A program made the translations under genes and the position numbers. This document shows positions 23,425 through 31,259 of a stretch of 32,000 nt of DNA, in pieces (the first letter of the stretch is position 1; the number at the start of each line of letters is the position of its first letter). The notes under the pieces are model-generated. The model was not told the origin of the DNA. It searched no databases and saw only the letters and a program-made list of their open reading frames with translations. The DNA is from Chloroflexota bacterium (GTDB lineage: Bacteria > Chloroflexota > UBA11872 > VXOZ01): contig OZ244922.1 of assembly GCA_965221905.1 (NCBI GenBank), positions 2,552,119 through 2,584,118 of the forward strand, given 5' to 3'.

Positions 23425-24210
23425 ATGTCAATAGAGAAATCCCAGCCCCATGTTACGTACTCCATGCTTGTCGATGGCTTGCGCAATCTTGGACTTGCCG
23501 ACGGCGACGTGGTACTTGTGCACTCGTCCCTCTCTCGCTTTGGGTACGTCGAGGGTGGGGCCGACACTGTCGTGGATGCGTTGCTTGCAGCGGTAGGCGC
23601 CGAAGGGACGGTAGCAGTCCCAACCAGCCCGGTGACCTGGCGCGGGGGGTCGCATTTCCATTACATCAAGCACAACCCAATCCTCGACCTCCGAGTCACC
23701 CCATCGAAACTTGGCGCCATTACTGAGGCGCTGCGCCGGCGACCGGAGGCCCGGCCCTCCCTCTCCGCTTGCCATACCCTCCACGCCATCGGCGCCCGCC
23801 GCGACTGGCTACTCGCCGGTGCGGAGACCGCCGTTTATCCTACCGGGCCGGGAACCCCGTGGCACAGAAATTGCGTCAGCGGCGGGAAAGTGTTGTTGAT
23901 CGGCATCGGCCAGAATAGCAATACGACCATTCACACGATTGAAGAGGCCGGCGGCGCCCCGATCTTGAGTAAGGAAGTCTTCTATCCCAAGGTAATTGAC
24001 TTAGAAGGGCGCATTGTCACCGTACCCACCCGCGCCCACTTGCCGGAGCACCCCCGCGCATTCGAGAAGATGGATGCCGTCTGCCTCGAGCACGACATCA
24101 TGCGCGTAGGGAAGATTGGCAACGCAACCCTGCGCCTCATCGAGGCAAAGCCGTTCTTGGAAATTGGCGTCAAGATACTTGAGAAAGACCCGCTGTTTCT
24201 GCTCGCGTGA
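23425..24210 (+). CDS. AAC(3)-family (YokD-like) aminoglycoside N3-acetyltransferase homolog
   Basis: LGLADGDVVLVHSSLSRFGYVEGGADTVVDALLAAVGAEGTVAVPT is the characteristic N-terminal block of the Antibiotic_NAT family. It is followed by GKVLLIGIGQNSNTTIHTIEE. Confidence 0.8.
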   Translation: MSIEKSQPHVTYSMLVDGLRNLGLADGDVVLVHSSLSRFGYVEGGADTVVDALLAAVGAEGTVAVPTSPVTWRGGSHFHYIKHNPILDLRVTPSKLGAITEALRRRPEARPSLSACHTLHAIGARRDWLLAGAETAVYPTGPGTPWHRNCVSGGKVLLIGIGQNSNTTIHTIEEAGGAPILSKEVFYPKVIDLEGRIVTVPTRAHLPEHPRAFEKMDAVCLEHDIMRVGKIGNATLRLIEAKPFLEIGVKILEKDPLFLLA

Positions 24211-24476
24211 CCCTGGGCGAAGCAGAATCCCGGTTCGCGAATGCACTGTTTGAATTCTGATGTGGGAGGCGCTTCCAGAGGCGCATCAAGCAACCGTTTT
24301 CCACTGCGAGGAACCCTCATTTCTCCAATGTGAATTACAATTATCCAGAGCATTGTTTGCACACAAGGCCGCATCATTGGCACTGCACAGCACGGCAGCC
24401 TAGGGCCGGAGTATGTGCTAAGATGTAATTACTACTGGCGAGGTAGGAATTAGCTGTTGTCGTTTTCATAGCGCAA

Positions 24477-24968
24477 ATGACACAGTCAGGAAACCTGCCT
24501 TACGAGGGAAATACATTGGTCGCTGCACGCTCACAACTTGCGACTTCAAATGCTAAGCGACTTCTCCGGTCGTCAGGCCGCCGCTTCACGCGACAGCGTG
24601 AAGCCATTTTGAAGATCATTCGCGAGCAACCCGGACACCTGGGAGCGGATGAGGTATTTCAGATTGCGCGGCAGCGCGGTCATCGGGTCAGTCTCTCTAC
24701 CGTGTACCGCACGCTTGATCTCCTGCGCGAGCAGGGGCTCGTGGAGGCAGCGAACCTGCAGCAAGACCATCGCCACTTCAAAGCCGCCGGTGATGGAGAG
24801 CATCACCACCTCGTCTGCATAACATGCGAAGCAGTAATTGAATTTAGCAGCCCGCACATCGACCAACTCAAGCAGTCCCTTCAAGAAGAGCACGCCTTCA
24901 CCATCAGAAACGTGGAACTTGAAGTCGGCGGGCTCTGCTCGAATTGCGCCGCCTCTCCCGTTGGGTAG
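24477..24968 (+). CDS. Fur-family metalloregulator (Fur/Zur/PerR subtype not resolved)
   Basis: Winged-helix block RFTRQREAILKII...SLSTVYRTLDLLREQGLV, His-rich HHHLVC, and two CxxC pairs (CITC, CSNC). Confidence 0.88.
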   Translation: MTQSGNLPYEGNTLVAARSQLATSNAKRLLRSSGRRFTRQREAILKIIREQPGHLGADEVFQIARQRGHRVSLSTVYRTLDLLREQGLVEAANLQQDHRHFKAAGDGEHHHLVCITCEAVIEFSSPHIDQLKQSLQEEHAFTIRNVELEVGGLCSNCAASPVG

Positions 24969-25077
24969 CTTCCTTCGCGGACGTGCCCACACGCACCGTG
25001 GATACGCACCGCATCAACTCTATTGACCCTTTCGGCTCTCACGTCCGACTCTTGCATTAACCTGCAATAGAAATCTC

Positions 25078-25104
25078 AGCCCCTCTATGCACTTTGGGCT
25101 TTTT
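25078..25104 (+). terminator. weak candidate terminator after the Fur-family gene
   Basis: AGCCC-13 nt-GGGCT followed by TTTTAAA. The stem is short and the loop long. Confidence 0.25.
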
Positions 25105-25151
25105 AAAGAGCAGGTCAGCCATCTTCTTCTGTTGTGGGCCGCAATCACCGG

Positions 25152-25880
25152 TTATTTGCCGGCAATCTTGATTGCCCGTCGGTGTGCAGCCTCCTCGATG
25201 GCATCGTCGAGCGGAGGCAGTGAAGCAACACCATAGCGACGCTGCAGGGCTTGCAGGATCAGGTGATCCGCAAACGCCGGATTCTTGGGCAGCAGAGACC
25301 CATGCAGATAGGTGCCGTAGACGTTCTTCCACTGTGCACCTTCCGTCCGGTCTTCACCATTGTTCCCGAATCCGCTAGAAACGGTAGCCAGAGCAGACGC
25401 CGGGTCGCGAAGATATGTGCGCCCACCGTGATTCTCAAATCCAACGAGCTTTTCCCTGTGCCACGTGGTAACTATGTTGCCAATGCAGCGTTGGCTGGCT
25501 GCACCCGGGTGAATGGTATAGGCTGGCAGCACCTCAAGGCCGCGCAGCTCGGCGCCGGTGTGATCACGATAGTACTCGCCGAATAGTTGATATCCCCCGC
25601 ACACCGCGAGCGCAACCAGCCCATCCGTAATCGCATCCTGCAACACTGAGCCCTTTGCCTCTACCAGGTCCTGCGAGGCTAGCATTTGCTCGCGGTCTTG
25701 GCCGCCGCCAACCAAGAGAATGTCGATCTCCGCGGCCGCGTGCATGGGTCCGGGATCGATGCTTCGTATTTCCAATTCTATACCGCGCCATCGGCAGCGC
25801 TGCTCCAAACAAATGACGTTACCGCGATCCGCATACATATTCATGAGGCGCGGATAGAGATGCCCAATCACGAGCTTCAT
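25152..25880 (-). CDS. gatD: lipid II isoglutaminyl synthase, glutaminase subunit GatD (CobQ-type GATase)
   Basis: MKLVIGHLYPRLMNMYADRGN, LLVGGGQDREQ, AVCGGYQLFG, GFENHGGRT, GTYLHGSLLPKN are collinear with S. aureus GatD. The ATG at 25880 overlaps the murT stop (ATGA). Confidence 0.88.
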   Translation of the reverse strand: MKLVIGHLYPRLMNMYADRGNVICLEQRCRWRGIELEIRSIDPGPMHAAAEIDILLVGGGQDREQMLASQDLVEAKGSVLQDAITDGLVALAVCGGYQLFGEYYRDHTGAELRGLEVLPAYTIHPGAASQRCIGNIVTTWHREKLVGFENHGGRTYLRDPASALATVSSGFGNNGEDRTEGAQWKNVYGTYLHGSLLPKNPAFADHLILQALQRRYGVASLPPLDDAIEEAAHRRAIKIAGK

Positions 25881-27307
25881 CCTTGTCCCTCCCAATAGCG
25901 GCGCACAAGCCCGCGCCCTACCCAAACTTTGCGCATTTCAAGCATACCTGTGTACGTCGCCAGGACGAAGAGCGTACCACCGGTCGGTACGCCGGCAAGA
26001 GCCCTGTCAAACGCGCTCTCGATATCACGCATGGCGGTCATGTCCGTTACACCCGCATACTTTAACCGCACCGCCATATCCTCCGCACGCCGTCCGCTAG
26101 TCGTGACTGCGGCATCCGCCAAGCATTCGAAATCTACATCCCATATCCATGAAACATCATGCCCGTCCGCCGCGCGATCCTGGAGTATTACGAGCGCATG
26201 CAGGGGGCCTTCTTCAGCAGACAGCAGCCGCAAGACTTGGTTTGCGCCGACCGGATTCTTAATGAGCAGCAGCCATGTATTTCGCTCACCGACCTCAACT
26301 ACCTCTGCACGTCCAAATGCGGGAATCGTGGTACTGAGACCCTGCGATACTGCCTCTGCGGCGGCGCCAAAGTACCACGCCGCCGCCGTGGCTGCGAGCG
26401 CATTGTAGACGTTATAGAGTCCCGGAACACGCAGATTTACCCGGGTTTCGTTCTCCGGCAGTGAGATGGTGAGGTCCGCGCCGGCAAAGCCGTGCAATTC
26501 CACTGCTGTTGCCCGCACATTGCGCTCGGGCCGCTTCCAACCGCACGCTCCGCACACGTAATCTCCAAGGTGCCCGTAGTAGGCAGCCGCATACGTCAAC
26601 GGAATCGCGTCATGGGGGCAGTAGTGCGAATCGGCTGCCAACTCGATGTCTTTGCGTGCCAAGCCGGGATCATCAAGGCCGAAGTAGTGCACCGGGCCGC
26701 CATAGGATTCACCCAGACTCGCTACCAATGGATCATCTCCATTCAGAAGTAGCGCTGTGGAGGAATCTAATTGTGAAAATGCAGTGCGCAAACCGGTGGC
26801 AATCGTCTGCACCTCGCCGTAGCGGTCGAGCTGATCGCGAAATAGATTGGTCACTACAATACATTTTGGCCGGTGCTGCCGGAGCGCCTGCACTATCGCC
26901 GCCTCGTCCAACTCCAAAACGGCCATGCTCTCGCGCGTAAGATGCAGCCTGCCGTTCCACGCCGTGTGTTGGAGTAGCATGCTCAAGACGCCGCGAGTCA
27001 GATTCGACCCCGTGGCGTTGTGCAGAACGGAGCGCCCGTCTGCAGCAAGGATATTGCGAAGCAGAGCAGCGGTTGTCGTCTTGCCATTGGTGCCAGTCAC
27101 AAAGACAGTGCCCGCGGGCACCTGGGCAAGTAGGAAACCGAGCAAGGTTGGTGACAGGTGCTCAGCCACAAGCCCGGGGAGGGCAGTGCCGCCGCCGCGC
27201 TGCAATCGGCGCGAGAAAGCGCCTGCCACCTTGGCTAACAGAATTGCAAGGATCCGTCGCAGGCGGGGAATTGGATTACCTCCGTTAACCACCTTCTCGA
27301 ATCTCAT
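25877..27307 (-). CDS. murT: lipid II isoglutaminyl synthase, Mur-ligase-like subunit MurT
   Basis: Mur ligase P-loop VTGTNGKTTT, a Cys-rich ribbon (CPHD...CGACGW) and a C-terminal DUF1727-like region. I prefer the ATG at 27307 (MRFEKVV...) to the track start at 27379. The start is uncertain. Confidence 0.86.
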   Translation of the reverse strand: MRFEKVVNGGNPIPRLRRILAILLAKVAGAFSRRLQRGGGTALPGLVAEHLSPTLLGFLLAQVPAGTVFVTGTNGKTTTAALLRNILAADGRSVLHNATGSNLTRGVLSMLLQHTAWNGRLHLTRESMAVLELDEAAIVQALRQHRPKCIVVTNLFRDQLDRYGEVQTIATGLRTAFSQLDSSTALLLNGDDPLVASLGESYGGPVHYFGLDDPGLARKDIELAADSHYCPHDAIPLTYAAAYYGHLGDYVCGACGWKRPERNVRATAVELHGFAGADLTISLPENETRVNLRVPGLYNVYNALAATAAAWYFGAAAEAVSQGLSTTIPAFGRAEVVEVGERNTWLLLIKNPVGANQVLRLLSAEEGPLHALVILQDRAADGHDVSWIWDVDFECLADAAVTTSGRRAEDMAVRLKYAGVTDMTAMRDIESAFDRALAGVPTGGTLFVLATYTGMLEMRKVWVGRGLVRRYWEGQG

Positions 27308-27479
27308 AGCCTGCAGCAGTTGGCATAGATGGGAACACCCGCGCAGCAAGAAGACCCAGTCAATCGCCGACCCGGACACCGTAGCTCCACATCGGCAAAC
27401 AAGAGAACATGAGGCTCAAGAGCCCGATTAGGCTTCAATTCAAGACTATGGGTGGGATAAGTCGAGGGATTACTCGCGA

Positions 27480-27821
27480 TTAGAAGCGTTCGAACCGCTC
27501 AACGTCTAGGACGAAAATGACGGCTCCCCCCACCTGCACCTCGACCGGGTAGGGCATGTAGAACTCGCCCGGCTCCATAGCAGGCGGCATGGGGTTGATA
27601 TACTGCATGCGGGTCGTGCAATTTCGCCGGACAACCACCAGTACCTCGCTGACTTTCTCTTCCTCCACGCCCACGAGCACAGTGGCATTGCCATGCCGCA
27701 GGAAGCCGCCGGCAGTATTAATGCGCGTTGCGCCAAAGCCGGCCTTCACCATGCTATCAATGAGATTTCCCGCGTCCTCGTCTTGCACAATTGCCACGAC
27801 GAGTTTCATGTTATCGTCCAT
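27480..27821 (-). CDS. darA: PII-like cyclic-di-AMP receptor protein DarA (YaaQ/PstA family)
   Basis: MKLVVAIVQDEDAGNLIDSMVKAGFGATRINTAGGFLRHGNATVLVGVEEEKV...PYPVEVQVGGAVIFVLDVERFERF is collinear with B. subtilis YaaQ. AGGAG lies 9 nt upstream of the ATG at 27821. The ATG at 27809 is an alternative start. Confidence 0.85.
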   Translation of the reverse strand: MDDNMKLVVAIVQDEDAGNLIDSMVKAGFGATRINTAGGFLRHGNATVLVGVEEEKVSEVLVVVRRNCTTRMQYINPMPPAMEPGEFYMPYPVEVQVGGAVIFVLDVERFERF

Positions 27822-28035
27822 GCTGTGAAACTCCTAGTCCCAGGAGGTCTCAGACCCAACAACGGGCGTCGCCAAGAGCAGAGCACAGGGAATACCGTTT
27901 CTGCGTCCGCCGCAGCAAGCGCCGTTCGACGGTCCTTTTACGAGCCCCGGCATCCGGGCAGCCTCTTCCACTACTCCCATTATTGCAGGAACGGCCTTTC
28001 GCGACGCAGTTGTCGCTGATATGCGGCGCGCCAAT

Positions 28036-29118
28036 CTAGCGCAACCGCTCGATCAGGGCATCCGCCACGCCCGACGTGCTGGCTGCGGTCGGATCGTTGC
28101 GGTCGGGCTTCATATCGTAGGTGACGTGCTTGCCCTCCGCGATAACGTCCGCGAGCGCTGTCTCCATCCGCTCCGCAGCCTCGCGCTCGCCAATGTGGCG
28201 CAGCATCATCACCGCGGAAAACATCTGGGCCATGGGGTTTACTTTGTTTTGACCCGTATACTTGGGCGCACTGCCGTGAATAGGCTCGAAGAGCGCCATT
28301 TGATCACCGATGTTCGCGCCCGGCGCCACACCAAGACCGCCCACCAGCCCGGCACAGAGGTCGGACAGAATATCGCCATACAAGTTCGGCATGACCATGA
28401 CGTCGAATTGTTCCGGCCGGCGCACAAGCTGCATGCACGTAGCGTCCACTATCATGTCCCAAAACTCTATATCCGGGTAGTCTTCCGCTACTTCACGCGC
28501 CACACGGAGAAAGAGGCCGTCGGAGTGCTTCTGAATGTTCGCCTTGTGGATGGCCGTGACGGCCTTGCGTCCATTCGCCCGGGCGTACTCGAAGGCGAAC
28601 TTTACAATGCGTCGGGAACCCTCTACTGAGATTGGTTTAATCGTAATGCCGGAGTCAGTAGGAATCTGGCTGCCGTGATGAGCGCGGATAAAGTGAATGA
28701 GCTCAAGCGCATTGCCGGCGCCTTCCTCGAACTCGATACCGGCATAGAGGTCTTCTAAATTCTCGCGCACCACCACTATGTCAATTTCGTCAAATCGGGT
28801 CTGCACACCGGCATAGCTCCTGCAAGGCCGCAAGTTTGCGTAGCACTCTAACTCCTTGCGCAAGGTCACGTTAAGGCTGCGAAACCCCGTGCCCACCGGC
28901 GTCGTGATCGGCCCTTTGATACCTACTTTGTTCCGGCGCAATGAATCGACCACGGACTGCGGCAGAAGCTCACCGGTCTTCTCAAATACGTGCAGGCCCG
29001 CTTCTTGGACGTCCCACGTTATGCCGACGTCCAACGCCTCAATTACGCGGCAGGTCGCGTCCGTAATCTCAGGACCCACACCATCGCCCGGAATGAGGGT
29101 TATTGTATATCCCACCAA
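28036..29118 (-). CDS. isocitrate/isopropylmalate dehydrogenase family enzyme, most like NAD-dependent (IDH3-type) isocitrate or homoisocitrate dehydrogenase
   Basis: ITLIPGDGVGPEI, RSLNVTLRKELECYANLRPC, NLYGDILSDLCAGLVGGLG and GSAPKYTGQNKVNP are family signatures. The start is TTG at 29118 or GTG at 29115, downstream of AGGAG. Confidence 0.85.
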   Translation of the reverse strand: MVGYTITLIPGDGVGPEITDATCRVIEALDVGITWDVQEAGLHVFEKTGELLPQSVVDSLRRNKVGIKGPITTPVGTGFRSLNVTLRKELECYANLRPCRSYAGVQTRFDEIDIVVVRENLEDLYAGIEFEEGAGNALELIHFIRAHHGSQIPTDSGITIKPISVEGSRRIVKFAFEYARANGRKAVTAIHKANIQKHSDGLFLRVAREVAEDYPDIEFWDMIVDATCMQLVRRPEQFDVMVMPNLYGDILSDLCAGLVGGLGVAPGANIGDQMALFEPIHGSAPKYTGQNKVNPMAQMFSAVMMLRHIGEREAAERMETALADVIAEGKHVTYDMKPDRNDPTAASTSGVADALIERLR

Positions 29119-29233
29119 GTGTTCTCCTGTTACTAGCTTTCTTCTATGCTCTTAGATGACTGCAAACACCCCGGAAAGGGCACTTAGTTCAAGACTTCTT
29201 ATACTACCTGGGGCTGGGTCTGCCTATCGCTGC

Positions 29234-29260
29234 GGTCGATTCGATTCAAGCGAATCGACC
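29234..29260. other. perfect 10-bp-stem hairpin GGTCGATTCG-attcaag-CGAATCGACC
   Basis: Read directly. It lies in the 380-bp region upstream of the isocitrate dehydrogenase-family gene. Function unknown. Confidence 0.4.
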
Positions 29261-29514
29261 TACCCTGCACCGGAATCTCTACAGAAGGACACTGTTCACC
29301 GACGAGTGCGCATTCAAGTGCCCAGTTGGTGCGCTTGATGATTGCAGACCGCAGTGCACCTGCAATTGGCGCAATTGCTATTCCTATCTCGCATTATATA
29401 CTGTGAGTATGTGGTTCGCCATTAACTGCCGAGGCGAAGGCTGCGGCAGGTGGCTTTGACATTGAGGACGGTGATCCACGTGAACCTGGTGTAGGACGTT
29501 TGGAGCTGATCGCC

Positions 29515-29973
29515 ATGAAACAGAAACTCACGTGGGTTTTCGTCATCGCATTTTCAGGACTGATCGGCCTTTTCATGCTCGTCCTAACCGCGCCTCGCAA
29601 CCATGTCTACGATCCGCGCATTGACGAACGCAACACCTCCGTTGTGACAAAGAGGCCCCAGGAGATCATGGACGCAATTCTCACGCAAGCCGAAGGTCTG
29701 CCCAAGCAGGACATCGCGCTCGTTGAAAATGATGGCAGGCTGCCTACTAGCGTACGCTACTACCCAATCCAGCGCTATACGGTTACGCGGGTGCGGATAC
29801 TCGGCAATGAACCAATCTGGCTCGATGCCTTCATTCCCGAACCAACCTATGACTACATCATTACGGCCGACGTGGAGTACGCCGATCGGGACCTGCGGCA
29901 AATAAAAGTAGTCGTCACACGTCCGGGCATGTTCACGGGCTTTTCGATTCGCACCTCTCTCTTTAGTCCGTAG
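29515..29973 (+). CDS. hypothetical protein with a single N-terminal membrane anchor
   Basis: The ATG at 29515 is preceded by TGGAG (the track start at 29500 is TTG). One hydrophobic helix (LTWVFVIAFSGLIGLFMLVL) is followed by a soluble domain. I recognised no family. The 3' end overlaps the convergent GT2 reading frame by 11 nt. Confidence 0.5.
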   Translation: MKQKLTWVFVIAFSGLIGLFMLVLTAPRNHVYDPRIDERNTSVVTKRPQEIMDAILTQAEGLPKQDIALVENDGRLPTSVRYYPIQRYTVTRVRILGNEPIWLDAFIPEPTYDYIITADVEYADRDLRQIKVVVTRPGMFTGFSIRTSLFSP

Positions 29974-30972
29974 GCTGCTTAGCTTGCGTGACTCCCTTTA
30001 GTTGACGTTGCCGCTGCAGGACCTCCATTGGGTGCGGTACCGGCTCCATGCGAGCAAGCATTTCCTCGGCGGATATGCGCCGCAACTCACTCTGTTGCTT
30101 TCCGTCACGGAGCATCTGGGACAAGCCTCGAAGAGCGGCAATGCGCCCCGCAATCGGGGCGAGAGTGCGAGTGCCGGCCACCGTCACCGGCATGCCGGCT
30201 AGGTCAAAGAACATAATCGCCGGAAGGTACCGCAGTAAACCGGGCCAAGGGTAATTCTTCGCGAGAAGCCAGACCTTGTTTCGGCCCAGAAAGCGCAGCT
30301 TGAAGGCCGATCCTGCCTGAGACGTGCCCGAATACGCGTGAAGCACCTCCGCCTCCGGGACGTATAGAGCGCGCCATCCCGCCACTGCGCCCGCCATGCG
30401 AGATCGACGTCTTCAAGGTAAGCGAAGAAACGTTCGTCGAAGAGCCCTATGTCATCCAGCAACTTCCGCCGGTAGAGTGCCGCCCCCGCAGAAGCGCCGA
30501 ACACCTCTGCCTTAGCACTTGCTTCTTCAACCGGATCACCACAGTGCCGATCCCAGGCAAGTCCGGCACGATCGACAACGAGCCCAGCCGAATTGATAAC
30601 GTGCGGTTGCTGCCAAAAACACATCTTGGAAGCAAACGCGCCGTAGTCGGCATGGGCGTCAGCCGCCTTTACGAGGGATGAGAGCCAGCGCGGCCGGGGC
30701 AACGTATCGTTGTTCAGCGTGGCGACAAACTCAGTGCGCGTCGCTCGCATGGCGGCGTTATTGGCCGCCGCGAATCCAAGGTTCCGCTTGTTGCGGATTA
30801 CGTGAATCGTAGGATAACAGCGGTCCAGGTAGTCCGTAGTGCCGTCGCTGGAACCGTTATCAACGACCACTACCTCAAAGTCAACCTCCTCTTGCGCCAT
30901 CAACGCAGGCAGACACTGCTGCAGGTGTGTGAGACCGTTCCACGTGGGAATTACGACTGAGACTCGGGCCAT
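29963..30972 (-). pseudogene. family-2 glycosyltransferase (rhamnosyltransferase-like) interrupted by a single-nucleotide frameshift near 30384
   Basis: ORF 30199-30972 reads VSVVIPTWNG...VVVVDNGSSDGT...NLGFAAANN...FFAYLEDVDLAWRAQ, then runs into nonsense. ORF 29963-30397, in another frame, continues with AGWRALYVPEAEVLHAYSGTS, the expected continuation (EDVDLcWRaqlaGWr..YvP.a.v.H). One missing base after CAG in CAG-TGGCGGGATGG (plus-strand 30382-30387, CCACTG) would join them into about 336 aa. Confidence 0.75.
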
Positions 30973-31087
30973 AGTGACTTCTGCTTAGGACTCCCTTTTG
31001 CCTGCTCTACACATTCTCTATACAATTGAGCCTAGACATCAAGCAAGCGGTACGCCGCCGTCTACCTCCTTTTTGAAATTAAGAGCG

Positions 31088-31156
31088 GCCGTGCGAACTT
31101 GTGCACGGCAGTGCGAATGAGGGAATTGAAGCCTATTCGCACACTCCGGAAGTGTG
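31088..31156 (+). other. cluster of three adjacent or overlapping hairpins in the GT2 / nucleotidyltransferase divergent region
   Basis: Hairpin A is GCCGTGC-8 nt-GCACGGC (31088-31109). Hairpin B is GTGCGAAT-16 nt-ATTCGCAC (31111-31142). Hairpin C is CACACT-5 nt-AGTGTG (31140-31156) and overlaps the 3' arm of B. GTGCGAA occurs twice (31091, 31111), allowing alternative pairing. Confidence 0.4.
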
Positions 31157-31259
31157 GTCGTCATCAGGTTGTTCAGGCGGTTGCCTGACCCCACCTCCGA
31201 GCCGGAAGTATCTTGTCTACTATACCCACAAGGCAATGTTTGGAGTGCAGTAAAGTCCT

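Noticed and set aside
27846-27856. GGTCTCAGACC palindrome upstream of darA as a regulatory hairpin
   Set aside because: As a hairpin it would be a 4-bp stem with a 3-nt loop, too weak to mean anything on its own.
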